43,807 bases of DNA from IMG/VR virus record IMGVR_UViG_3300020429_000529, positions 454,762 through 498,568 of that record; one strand, given 5' to 3'. Below are positions 34,919-43,192 of this stretch, piece after piece; the stretch's first letter is position 1, and each line of letters starts with the position of its first letter. Source of the DNA: a virus. The position numbers and the translations under genes were made by a program. The notes below the pieces were generated by a model that was not told the origin of the DNA, made no database searches, and saw nothing but the letters and a program-made list of their open reading frames with translations.

Positions 34919-35161
34919 ATGAGCAACACAACTTTCCTCAGCGACGAACACACGACCAGCAGCCCCAAGTACCCCGATGTCGAGGTTCAGCTTTCCGAGC
35001 AGGATGGCAATGTCTTCGGCATCATCGGGCGCATCGCCAAAGCGCTCAAGCGAGCAGGCTACGAGGCGTGGGAGGTGAAGGAGTTTGAGGAAATGATGAT
35101 GGGCAGCGAGTCATACGACGAGGCGCTGCAGCGAGCCATGCGAACTGTCAATGTTACCTGA
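34919..35161 (+). CDS. hypothetical protein (80 aa)
   Basis: Cassette start ATGAGCAAC. Confidence 0.55.
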   Translation: MSNTTFLSDEHTTSSPKYPDVEVQLSEQDGNVFGIIGRIAKALKRAGYEAWEVKEFEEMMMGSESYDEALQRAMRTVNVT

Positions 35162-35191
35162 CCACTGACCCCAGCGGATCGGAGCAAGGGC

Positions 35192-35476
35192 ATGAGCAAC
35201 ACCGCAACCATGACAGAATCGGAAGCCATCGCCTACGCTGCATCCTGGGGCTCGTATATGAGCGGCGGAGATCCCGGCGCTTGCATGTACGGCTTCAGCC
35301 CCGAAATCGGTCTCAAGGTCCAGTCCGAGCAGCATCGGGCCGCCTGCCTCGCCCGCATCGACGACTGCATCGAACGGTGCGACCCCGAGGGCAACGATGC
35401 GCATGACGAGGATGACCCCGACAAGCTCGCCGAACTGCGGCGCATGATCGAAGCGGCTCCACTGACTGACGATTGA
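35192..35476 (+). CDS. acidic hypothetical protein (94 aa)
   Basis: Cassette start ATGAGCAAC. Confidence 0.55.
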   Translation: MSNTATMTESEAIAYAASWGSYMSGGDPGACMYGFSPEIGLKVQSEQHRAACLARIDDCIERCDPEGNDAHDEDDPDKLAELRRMIEAAPLTDD

Positions 35477-35500
35477 GCCCGCATCGGCAGGAGCAGAACC

Positions 35501-35878
35501 ATGCCGAAGAACATCGAAGGATCAACTTTCACTTGCGACGGAGAAACCCTCTGGCGCAGCGTCGAGCCGACCCGAACAGACAGAGGGCAGCAACCCTACA
35601 GGCACTCGTGCAGCAAAGCGACTTTCGAGCGCATCTGTCACGATGTCGAAGCGCTCAACGGCGCGCGCTTCTCAGGTCAGGCAATCGGCGAGGCGGGCGA
35701 CTATCCGCTATCCCAACTTGCTACGGCCCTGGCGTTTCTTGAGGAGCGCGGCATCATCGAGCAGAGCGGGCGCATGAGAATCGCCCAGACCGACAGCGTT
35801 TACCTCGACGGCATGACCGAGTTTCATGCCCTGTACGAGGAGACCACTGACCTCCCTATCGTTCGGGTCGAAGCATGA
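35501..35878 (+). CDS. hypothetical protein, possibly winged-helix DNA-binding (125 aa)
   Basis: LSQLATALAFLEERGIIEQSGR looks like a helix-turn-helix. The assignment is by inference only. Confidence 0.45.
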   Translation: MPKNIEGSTFTCDGETLWRSVEPTRTDRGQQPYRHSCSKATFERICHDVEALNGARFSGQAIGEAGDYPLSQLATALAFLEERGIIEQSGRMRIAQTDSVYLDGMTEFHALYEETTDLPIVRVEA

Positions 35879-36261
35879 GCAAGAAACTCGCGCAAATCGA
35901 AATGACCCGCTTCCCCGAAGACTGGATGCGGACCCACAACATCAAGGCGATCATGGCGGTCATCGTCATCGACCCCGAAGATATCAGCATCGAAGACGAC
36001 TGCGGATACATCGTCCAATGCGGACAGATCCGAGTCATCCACGAGGGAGAGATCGACCAGGCGACCGTCTTTACCGGCATCTGCCGCATGGGTCCGATCG
36101 GTCCCGTTTGGTCCGCCGACGATATCGACGGTCTTCCCGATGCTGACGACTTCAGCGCAATCGGACAGACCAACGAGGGCATCCAGATCATCGACAGCGC
36201 AGCGGCGCAGTCATTCGAGGACGGGCTCACTGACGCAATCGTCTTTGAGGCAGCAGCATGA
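35875..36261 (+). CDS. hypothetical protein (128 aa)
   Basis: ATGA overlap with the upstream gene. Confidence 0.5.
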   Translation: MSKKLAQIEMTRFPEDWMRTHNIKAIMAVIVIDPEDISIEDDCGYIVQCGQIRVIHEGEIDQATVFTGICRMGPIGPVWSADDIDGLPDADDFSAIGQTNEGIQIIDSAAAQSFEDGLTDAIVFEAAA

Positions 36262-36530
36262 GCATGAAACCCGTAGCAAACCGATTCATCGACGACCTCA
36301 TGGCCGATGTCATGCCCAGCGCAGCCGCTATGGTTGACTTCGGCCTCAACAACGGCGATCAGTTTCCCCTGTACGAAGCCTACCAGAAGGGCATCCGCTC
36401 GGGCACGATCAAAGCCGCCGAACTCAACGAAGCGCTCGGCGACGGCCCCAAGCTGACCTCTCTGGTTCAACGGATCAATCCCGAACTGACCGTCACGACC
36501 GACTACGACGACATGGAGCCGCCCGCCTAA
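36258..36530 (+). CDS. hypothetical protein (90 aa)
   Basis: ATGA overlap with the upstream gene. A terminator follows. Confidence 0.5.
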   Translation: MSMKPVANRFIDDLMADVMPSAAAMVDFGLNNGDQFPLYEAYQKGIRSGTIKAAELNEALGDGPKLTSLVQRINPELTVTTDYDDMEPPA

Positions 36531-36588
36531 ACCGCCTGCTCAGCCCGTCGCCCTTGAGCTTAGCTCGGGCGACAGGGTTTTCCCGCGC

Positions 36589-36600
36589 CAAAGATAGGTG
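36589..36600 (+). promoter_or_regulatory. CAAAGATAGGTG 12-mer, copy 9
   Basis: Exact 12-mer, after a terminator hairpin. Confidence 0.6.
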
Positions 36601-36645
36601 ACTCGCTTACCTGCTCCACTGACCTGTCTGCAAGGATGCAACAGC

Positions 36646-36858
36646 ATGAGCAACCGAATGGAACACATCAAATTCTTGCAACTCAAACCCGATGAGAATG
36701 GCATCATGGAAGTCCGTCCATTGTCAGTCCCTCACATGGCTGAAGTCATCCTCGACCGCAACGGGCGAGCCATCAAGAACCGCTTCGGCCCCTCGTACAC
36801 TCCGACCTGGCGAAACCTGTTCCGAGACCTGCGGACACTGATGCGCCGCAAGAAGTAG
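36646..36858 (+). CDS. hypothetical protein (70 aa)
   Basis: CAAAGATAGGTG, then CCACTGAC, then 22 nt, then ATGAGCAAC. Confidence 0.5.
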   Translation: MSNRMEHIKFLQLKPDENGIMEVRPLSVPHMAEVILDRNGRAIKNRFGPSYTPTWRNLFRDLRTLMRRKK

Positions 36859-36865
36859 CAACAGC

Positions 36866-37165
36866 ATGAGCAAGACCGAAGTACCCGTCAACGAACTCCT
36901 CGCCTCGATCCGCCCCCGAGATCGAGTCACCATCCTGAGGCCCAACGGCAAGGGTCGCGACGGCATCGAATGGAAGGAAGCGACTGGCCGCTGCGTCATC
37001 GCTCCCGGTCGCCATCAGTCCCACGCTACGCTCAACATGGGCGGACCTCATGGGACGCCTGGCATCGCCGATGCTCGCAACCTGGTTCGGGTCGGTCAGC
37101 GTATCGCTGTCTACGATGCCGAACAGGGACAGTACCGCTGCGACGAGAAACAGACTTGCGGGTGA
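36866..37165 (+). CDS. hypothetical protein (99 aa)
   Basis: ACACTGAT, then 23 nt, then ATGAGCAAG. Confidence 0.5.
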   Translation: MSKTEVPVNELLASIRPRDRVTILRPNGKGRDGIEWKEATGRCVIAPGRHQSHATLNMGGPHGTPGIADARNLVRVGQRIAVYDAEQGQYRCDEKQTCG

Positions 37166-37384
37166 CACTGACGACGCTACACTCGTAGCATCAGAGAAGG
37201 ACCGACGATCAGAGAACACCAACGGAGGACCGCCCCATGAAGCTGCGTTAGCCCACTGATTCAAGCCACGGCACTGAATGTCAACCTCAACCTCCAACAG
37301 CGCCACGAAGGAGGACCGAGACATGGGCAAACAACTGAGGGCTGGACCTCACTAAAAACCAGCGCCGAGTTGAGGCGAATGAAC

Positions 37385-37420
37385 ACTCAAGAGAAACTGC
37401 CCGCCCCTGAAACATGGGGC
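37385..37420 (+). terminator. rho-independent terminator
   Basis: GCCCGCCCCTGAAACATGGGGCGGGC followed by TTGTTTT. Confidence 0.7.
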
Positions 37421-37461
37421 GGGCTTGTTTTCCACTGACGCATAGCCGACCGAGCAACGGC

Positions 37462-37929
37462 ATGAGCAGCGAACATCAGTCAGCGACAGGCACAGCGACC
37501 CGCATCAAGAACGGGCGCTTCACGATCCACTCGAACCGTTCGGGCGAGCATCGTACCTTCCAGATCAAGACCGTCATCGGCGACAAGAAGAAGCCCAAGG
37601 ACGCATTCTGCAACAAGATGGCAGGCAATCGGATTGTCGGCCTCCTGACAGGCCCCGACAACGAGAGCAGCTATACCAACTTCGGATTCGTCAACGACGA
37701 CGGTATCCGTTGCTGGCGGGCGCACAGCGACAAGCGACCCCTCGCCGATATCCTCTGGCGCTTCGCCGTTGAGGGCGTTCACGACGCTGAGAGCGGGCGT
37801 ATCATGCTTGAGGGCGTAGATGGCTACATGCTCTGCGAGGGCAAGTGTATACGCTGCAATCGTACACTGACGACTCCCGAATCCATCGAAAGCGGCATCG
37901 GACCTGTTTGCGCCGGGAGGGCAACATGA
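37462..37929 (+). CDS. hypothetical protein with a C-terminal zinc-ribbon-like motif (155 aa)
   Basis: CEGKCIRCNRTL...GIGPVCAGR. Cassette start ATGAGCAGC. Confidence 0.55.
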   Translation: MSSEHQSATGTATRIKNGRFTIHSNRSGEHRTFQIKTVIGDKKKPKDAFCNKMAGNRIVGLLTGPDNESSYTNFGFVNDDGIRCWRAHSDKRPLADILWRFAVEGVHDAESGRIMLEGVDGYMLCEGKCIRCNRTLTTPESIESGIGPVCAGRAT

Positions 37930-38348
37930 GCGACCATATCGACTTCACCTACGATGGCGTTTGCGACTACTACCACCGAGGCTGTTACTGCCGCGTCAGA
38001 ACTGACGAACTCGTGGACTACATCCCTGGCACCGGCATCGCTAAGGGCGTGCGCCTGCATGGCTACCGACTCCGCAAGATCGAGAACGGCACGGTGCTGA
38101 TCGAGAAGGAAGGCCACGGCCCCCTCGATGGCGTCCCCTTCCGAGTCAACGACTGGGAGATCCGCCCGACGACCGAGTGCCCCCGAGCGGCAGCCGAGCG
38201 AGTGCGGCATATGGCAGCCGATCGCTGCAAGGCGAGACGAGCCGCCAGACGAGCGGGGCATCGGGTCAAGGCCAATGCCCCCGTCCGCTTCACCCAGCAT
38301 GGCGCGTATGTCCATACCGAGGGCGAAGCGTTCGTGCCGATGAACTGA
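37926..38348 (+). CDS. Cys-rich hypothetical protein (140 aa)
   Basis: ATGA overlap with the upstream gene. Confidence 0.5.
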   Translation: MSDHIDFTYDGVCDYYHRGCYCRVRTDELVDYIPGTGIAKGVRLHGYRLRKIENGTVLIEKEGHGPLDGVPFRVNDWEIRPTTECPRAAAERVRHMAADRCKARRAARRAGHRVKANAPVRFTQHGAYVHTEGEAFVPMN

Positions 38349-38352
38349 GAGA

Positions 38353-38426
38353 GCCCCGGTAGCTCAACTGGATAGAGCGGCGGACTTCTAATCCGCAGGT
38401 TACAGGTTCGAATCCTGTCCGGGGTG
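38353..38426 (+). tRNA. tRNA-Arg (anticodon TCT)
   Basis: Clean class-I cloverleaf. The loop is CTTCTAA and the T-loop is TTCGAAT. The 1:72 pair is G:U. Confidence 0.75.
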
Positions 38427-38462
38427 TTTCGTTCACTGACCGATACCTGGTATCGTATCGGC

Positions 38463-38627
38463 ATGAGCAACCACAACAACCGTTTGAACCCGAAGCGCCA
38501 CCTCGATCCGCTCGACCTCGAAGCCGAGAAGGAAGGAGCAGCCATCCGCCGTCACAACGCCATCCGTCCGACCGTCAAGCGCAAGCCGAAGCGCGGCTCC
38601 TGCCACCAGACCAGGCACGCCGCCTGA
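38463..38627 (+). CDS. small basic protein (54 aa)
   Basis: Cassette start ATGAGCAAC. Lys/Arg-rich. Confidence 0.45.
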   Translation: MSNHNNRLNPKRHLDPLDLEAEKEGAAIRRHNAIRPTVKRKPKRGSCHQTRHAA

Positions 38628-38656
38628 CCCAACGCCCCGCAAGGGGCAAATGCCCG

Positions 38657-38668
38657 CAAAGATAGGTG
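38657..38668 (+). promoter_or_regulatory. CAAAGATAGGTG 12-mer, copy 10
   Basis: Exact 12-mer, after a terminator hairpin. Confidence 0.6.
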
Positions 38669-38707
38669 CGACGTTTGCCACTGACTCCGTTGCGTCACCG
38701 CAGCGGC

Positions 38708-39031
38708 ATGAAAGCAATCGAAGTCAACGAAGAATTCCTTACCGCCGTCGCTGAACTGATCGTCGCTGACGAGAACAGAGCAGACACGAGCGGTCCCGCC
38801 CGAACCATCCGCGAGTACCTTGTCGATCGTCTGAATCGACCTGATCCGTTGGGTCATATCACGCCCGATCCCAAGATCAAGGAACGGCTCGAATATCTCC
38901 GAGGCGAACTGCGAGCCGAACGCATCAGCTACGGTGAACTCGCCGAACTCGCGGACCTTGCGCCGCATATCGACCCCTCCGATGTCGAACTGTTGGAAGC
39001 CGCAGGCGTACCCGAAGATTCGGCCCACTGA
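38708..39031 (+). CDS. hypothetical protein (107 aa)
   Basis: CAAAGATAGGTG, then CCACTGAC, then 22 nt, then ATGAAAGCA. Confidence 0.5.
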   Translation: MKAIEVNEEFLTAVAELIVADENRADTSGPARTIREYLVDRLNRPDPLGHITPDPKIKERLEYLRGELRAERISYGELAELADLAPHIDPSDVELLEAAGVPEDSAH

Positions 39032-39081
39032 ACAACTTGCGCCCACTCACCCTCTGAACCCAAGCCCATAGGAGCAGAACC

Positions 39082-39444
39082 ATGAGCCTTGCCGTTGCCG
39101 AGAAGATCATCACCGATGCGCTCGCCGCAGACCCTCGAACCGCCAACCTCCGAGTCAGCCGCAGCGGAACGCTCGTGACGCTTACCGATGTCGCCTCCGC
39201 CGACAAGATCGTGGCGCAGACCAACGAGGATGTCGCCAACGGTCGGGCGCTGATCGGTACGCCGATCCAAGACAAGTACGATACTCGATGGAAGGGCATC
39301 ATCGTCGATGTCAAGCAGACCAACTACATCGTCGAGCGGACGAGCAGCCGCAGCGGACGAGGGCAGAGCGGCAAGCGGTTCCGTATGCCGATGAACCGAT
39401 GCGAACTCGATCCGAGCCAAGTCAAGGCCGCATCCGCCGCCTGA
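39082..39444 (+). CDS. hypothetical protein (120 aa)
   Basis: Shine-Dalgarno site AGGAGCAGAACC. A terminator follows. Confidence 0.6.
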   Translation: MSLAVAEKIITDALAADPRTANLRVSRSGTLVTLTDVASADKIVAQTNEDVANGRALIGTPIQDKYDTRWKGIIVDVKQTNYIVERTSSRSGRGQSGKRFRMPMNRCELDPSQVKAASAA

Positions 39445-39531
39445 TCCGTCAACCCATCAGAACCCCTCAACGGCTCCGCCTCATCGGGCGGGGCCGTTGT
39501 TTCACTGACTGAACCGAGCAGAGGCAGAGGC

Positions 39532-39861
39532 ATGAGCAACCAGACATACACCGCAGGCACAACTCCGCAGGAAACGATCAAGGCAGCCGCCGAGCAGCAG
39601 ACGCCCGATGGTTACAAGATCGCGTGCTGGCCGAACTCCGAGGAGTTTGACGCTTTGCAGCGCATGACGGCGCAGGGCATCGACAGCCGCCTCGAAGCGA
39701 TCCATTTCGAGCAGGAGACCGACAGCAGAGGAGCGCCGCAGTTTACTTTCGATCCTCAGTCCGTCAGCGTGCTTTGTCGCCGACTGGCCGAGTCCGAAAA
39801 CGATGCCGACCTCAGCCTCCGCATCGACATTCTCGGAACCTTGGGGATTGAGGAAGTCTAA
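39532..39861 (+). CDS. hypothetical protein (109 aa)
   Basis: Cassette start ATGAGCAAC. Confidence 0.55.
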   Translation: MSNQTYTAGTTPQETIKAAAEQQTPDGYKIACWPNSEEFDALQRMTAQGIDSRLEAIHFEQETDSRGAPQFTFDPQSVSVLCRRLAESENDADLSLRIDILGTLGIEEV

Positions 39862-39953
39862 ATTTCCGCGCAAACTTCTCAAGCCAGCCCGGCAGAACGC
39901 CGATTACAGAGGCATGAACGAAAGACTTGCCCAACTGTACGACTTTCTGACCG

Positions 39954-40082
39954 ATGGAAACCCCGACCTACAGCCCGTCGCTGAACAGGTCTTGGAGGAA
40001 GCGCTTGAAACTCCCCTCACTGACCGAAGAGGATCGAAAGATCATCATACTGACAATCCTCGCATTCATCGCCCTTTGTTGA
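39954..40082 (+). CDS. possible small membrane peptide (42 aa). The frame is uncertain.
   Basis: The frame with METPTYS...IIILTILAFIALC has strong GC3. An alternative ATG at 39914 in another frame (MNERLAQLY...) loses its GC3 bias after about 40 codons. Confidence 0.25.
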   Translation: METPTYSPSLNRSWRKRLKLPSLTEEDRKIIILTILAFIALC

Positions 40083-40094
40083 ACGGAGCAAATC

Positions 40095-40433
40095 ATGCCA
40101 GCAGGCGGAAACGCATGGGATCAAGCGGCAGAGATGGTCGAAGCAGACTCCATCACCGCCGCTGCAACTGACAACCTGCAAACCATCATCGACAACGATC
40201 GCGAGCAGCTTTCCAACGCTGTCCAGATCGTCGGCAAGGCCACGACCCGCCTCGAAGCCGCAACGAACCTCCGAGAGCATTTCACGACCGTCCTCGACGA
40301 TCCCCGTCCCGAGGGCGGAGAGTCATTCGAGCGCCTCGCCGTCGTCGAACTGTTTACCGTCATGCTCGGCGCTGTCAACTGGTTCGTCCTTACCGATCAC
40401 TACATGGAGAAATGGAACGAGGGCGTGCGGTAG
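40095..40433 (+). CDS. hypothetical protein (112 aa)
   Basis: Shine-Dalgarno site AACGGAGCAAATC. Confidence 0.55.
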   Translation: MPAGGNAWDQAAEMVEADSITAAATDNLQTIIDNDREQLSNAVQIVGKATTRLEAATNLREHFTTVLDDPRPEGGESFERLAVVELFTVMLGAVNWFVLTDHYMEKWNEGVR

Positions 40434-40463
40434 TCACTGACAATCCATCGGGCTCGCATCAGC

Positions 40464-40781
40464 ATGAGCAGCACCCAGACATACGACCCGAGGAAGCCAG
40501 GCCGATCCATCCCGCCAGGTCACGAAGGATGGCGCATCGTCCATATCACCGTCCGCAAGGCGATGGACAATACCTACAGCCTTGAGATCGACGGCCCAGG
40601 CACTCGCAAGTCATTCCGCGAGGGATTCGAGAAGCCCGACCCCGAAGCCATGAAGCCGCATACGCCCGCCCACCTCCACGAGGCGCTCGAATCGGCTTGC
40701 TCGATGGTTGGAGACTACGCCGCTGTCCATAGCTGGGGAGACTACCACAAGACCTATCCCGCCCGTCGTCGTCGTCACTGA
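40464..40781 (+). CDS. hypothetical protein (105 aa)
   Basis: Cassette start ATGAGCAGC. Confidence 0.55.
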   Translation: MSSTQTYDPRKPGRSIPPGHEGWRIVHITVRKAMDNTYSLEIDGPGTRKSFREGFEKPDPEAMKPHTPAHLHEALESACSMVGDYAAVHSWGDYHKTYPARRRRH

Positions 40782-40804
40782 CGACCTGACGCGGTAGCAT
40801 CGGC

Positions 40805-41206
40805 ATGAGCAACAACCGCCGAATCAGCTTTGACCTTCCGACCACCACCGAGGGCGTCGTCATCGAAGTCGTCGCCCGATACACCAAGGGAGACCCGTAC
40901 AGCAGCGAGCAGCAAGGTTTCTGGATCGGCATGACGCCGGTCAAGGTTGAAGAGAACTGGCGGACCACCCGAGCATTCTCTGGCCTCAAGGCGTTTGATT
41001 CGACCGCAACCCGCTTCAGCGCCAAGAAGCTCGAAGCCGTCCGAGATAAGGTCCGCCATCAGATCATGAACGGCACCCCCACTGACCGCTACGCCATGAT
41101 GCTACAGCGAGTCGTCGAACAAGCGGGACTCAAGCTCGAACGAACCGTCCTCGCCGAGAAGCACGCCGAACGAGCCGCCGAAGTCGCCGAAGCCCTCGCA
41201 TCCTGA
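40805..41206 (+). CDS. hypothetical protein (133 aa)
   Basis: Cassette start ATGAGCAAC. A terminator follows. Confidence 0.55.
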   Translation: MSNNRRISFDLPTTTEGVVIEVVARYTKGDPYSSEQQGFWIGMTPVKVEENWRTTRAFSGLKAFDSTATRFSAKKLEAVRDKVRHQIMNGTPTDRYAMMLQRVVEQAGLKLERTVLAEKHAERAAEVAEALAS

Positions 41207-41239
41207 ACTCCTCGCCCCCGAAGTAGGGGGTTGCTTCAG

Positions 41240-41251
41240 CAAAGATAGGTG
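41240..41251 (+). promoter_or_regulatory. CAAAGATAGGTG 12-mer, copy 11
   Basis: Exact 12-mer, after a terminator hairpin. Confidence 0.6.
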
Positions 41252-41291
41252 AGCCGCTTGCTCACTGACAACCTGGCGCTCCCGCAACCGC

Positions 41292-41549
41292 ATGAGCAAA
41301 CTCCCCAAACACCTCCGAGAGATGGACCCCGAGAACCTCGCGAAGCTCCAAACCGGCTTCGCCCGCTTCCGCTTCGGATTCGCTGAGCCCGGCGAGATCC
41401 AGAACGGCGCGGAGTTTGTGGGCAACTTCGGGCGCAAGAAGGATGCCGTCGCCGCTCGCGAAGCCTGCGATGGGACGATGAACCCCTATCTTCACGGTCG
41501 CCTGGCTACAGGTTGGTCCGTTTGGAAGAAGGCCCCACTGACGACCTGA
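41292..41549 (+). CDS. hypothetical protein (85 aa)
   Basis: Cassette start ATGAGCAAA. Confidence 0.5.
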   Translation: MSKLPKHLREMDPENLAKLQTGFARFRFGFAEPGEIQNGAEFVGNFGRKKDAVAAREACDGTMNPYLHGRLATGWSVWKKAPLTT

Positions 41550-41592
41550 CGGCGCAGCAACAGCGAGCAACCCAAGAGCAAGGGGAACCGAC

Positions 41593-41898
41593 ATGAGCGA
41601 CCGCAAGCGAATTCTGTGCATCACCAGCAACGGCGAGGAAGTCATCTTCGGAACGATTCGGTGGACCGATCATCCGAGCGATCCCGAGACCCGCGTCGCG
41701 TTCGTCCGCGATGAACAGGATCCCGATGATGAGATCCGCCTTGTGGACATGGATATCCTCGAAGTCAGCGATGCCCCCGATGAGGACGATGAGCCCTGGG
41801 ACGGCTTCCGACATGACGGCGAAGCCGACGCCGATGCCCTGGCTTCCGCTGGCTTTGGGACCGATGAGGACTACGGCGGCGACTGCGAACACCTCTAA
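41593..41898 (+). CDS. highly acidic protein (101 aa), possible DNA mimic
   Basis: Shine-Dalgarno site AAGGGGAA. The C-terminal half is about 35% Asp/Glu. Confidence 0.55.
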   Translation: MSDRKRILCITSNGEEVIFGTIRWTDHPSDPETRVAFVRDEQDPDDEIRLVDMDILEVSDAPDEDDEPWDGFRHDGEADADALASAGFGTDEDYGGDCEHL

Positions 41899-41940
41899 CC
41901 CCTCAGGCACCCGCAACAGGGTGCCAAACTTTCCGCGCCC

Positions 41941-41952
41941 CAAAGATAGGTG
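41941..41952 (+). promoter_or_regulatory. CAAAGATAGGTG 12-mer, copy 12
   Basis: Exact 12-mer, after a terminator hairpin. Confidence 0.6.
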
Positions 41953-42046
41953 CCGTGCCCGCAGCACAACCTGCACCTGTAGCCACTGACCACAGAGGAG
42001 CCCGAGTAACTACGCAGAAGGTCTAAATATACAGGAGAAACAGACC

Positions 42047-42364
42047 ATGCGATTCGCAAGACTTGAAATTCTTGTCGGCATCCTCATCCTTACCCTTGTC
42101 CTCAGCCTCAGCATTCACCTGAATGTCGAGAACGGAGTGCAGGCAGCGGCGGCAACGAACCCCGCCACGAATCAGCCGAGCCTCGAAGAAATGAACGAGT
42201 ACGCCCGACGACTCGGCATGGAGCCGATCGAAAACCTCCCGTGGATCAACCCCGAGACGGGCCGCAACATCTACGAGGAGCGCCAGGAGGAACTCGATCA
42301 GATCGGACTCGAAGCGTACCGAGAGAAGTACGGCGTGACCCCCGAGATCGTTTACACTCACTGA
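42047..42364 (+). CDS. secreted or membrane-anchored protein (105 aa)
   Basis: Shine-Dalgarno site CAGGAGAAA. N-terminal hydrophobic helix. Confidence 0.6.
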   Translation: MRFARLEILVGILILTLVLSLSIHLNVENGVQAAAATNPATNQPSLEEMNEYARRLGMEPIENLPWINPETGRNIYEERQEELDQIGLEAYREKYGVTPEIVYTH

Positions 42365-42388
42365 CCTGCCCAAGCCTCAATTAGAGGC

Positions 42389-42580
42389 ATGAGCAGCGAC
42401 CAAGCCAAACTCGAACTCTTCCGACTCAAACAGCGGAGAGAGCGGATCATCCGCCGGTTCTGGTTCTCAGACCGAGGGCAGATGGTCTGCGAAAGCGACC
42501 AAGCCATCCGAGCCGTCGCCATGCTCAGCGTCCGCATACGGATGCTCACTGACCCCTCAGCCGTCAGCGTAGCGGCATGA
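42389..42580 (+). CDS. hypothetical protein (63 aa)
   Basis: Cassette start ATGAGCAGC. Confidence 0.45.
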   Translation: MSSDQAKLELFRLKQRRERIIRRFWFSDRGQMVCESDQAIRAVAMLSVRIRMLTDPSAVSVAA

Positions 42581-42735
42581 TGACGAGCAGCGACAGCCAA
42601 CGATTCGCAGTCTGCGAACGCAACGGAGACGGTTCCCTCACCGTCCTGTTCTACTGCGACACCATCCAAGTCAGCCATTGGCAGCGGCAAGGGTATCAGA
42701 TCCGAGAAGCCGCCAAGATGAGAGGCGCAGCATGA
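42577..42735 (+). CDS. small hypothetical protein (52 aa)
   Basis: ATGA overlap with the upstream gene. GC3 is strong. Not in the ORF track because it is under 60 aa. Confidence 0.4.
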   Translation: MMTSSDSQRFAVCERNGDGSLTVLFYCDTIQVSHWQRQGYQIREAAKMRGAA

Positions 42736-42881
42736 GCAGAGAAGACGACCGATTCTTCCCATGCAACGAGCGAGAAGCCGAGATCCTGCGAACCCTCAAG
42801 GGCGACGACCTGGAACGGTACAAGGAACTCAGGCACGGCGGCGCGACGGTCACTGAAGCCCTCGAAGCCGTACAGAAGTAA
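42732..42881 (+). CDS. small hypothetical protein (49 aa)
   Basis: ATGA overlap with the upstream gene. Confidence 0.4.
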   Translation: MSREDDRFFPCNEREAEILRTLKGDDLERYKELRHGGATVTEALEAVQK

Positions 42882-43183
42882 TGAGCAAGAAGCGCCAAAC
42901 CAAGCGGTGGAATCCTCGATTCCGGTTCTACGCCAGAACCCAAGGGCGAACCCCTCAGCAACAACTCGATCACGACCGAGAGGAATATCCGGGCGGCGCT
43001 ATGGTCGGCTTTATCTGCTGGCTCCGAGAGACCTACAGCAACTACGCCATGACTTGTCGGCTTGTGCATGTCCCGGGATTGCAAGGCGCTCCCGGATCAG
43101 GTTGGTCCTATCGAGAGACGAGCGAAGAAGGTTTCGCGGCATACCTAAGAAAGACCTACCCGAAGATTCGGATAGCATGGTAG
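42881..43183 (+). CDS. hypothetical protein (100 aa)
   Basis: TAATG overlap with the upstream gene. The start is ATGAGCAAG. Confidence 0.5.
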   Translation: MSKKRQTKRWNPRFRFYARTQGRTPQQQLDHDREEYPGGAMVGFICWLRETYSNYAMTCRLVHVPGLQGAPGSGWSYRETSEEGFAAYLRKTYPKIRIAW

Positions 43184-43192
43184 GAGATTCAA

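Noticed and set aside
51-36470. Long minus-strand ORFs: 51-911, 1254-2474, 2779-3528, 3825-4589, 4590-5354, 6178-6786, 13815-14546, 15610-16341, 18219-19670, 20607-21602, 24193-25407, 26507-27442, 27804-28469, 28280-29329, 29266-29985, 30333-31601, 31692-32402 and 35856-36470
   Set aside because: Each is antisense to a plus-strand gene that has strong GC3 bias and proper start signals. Long antisense ORFs are expected in high-GC3 DNA because stop codons are depleted in the complementary frames. None has a Shine-Dalgarno site or start cassette.
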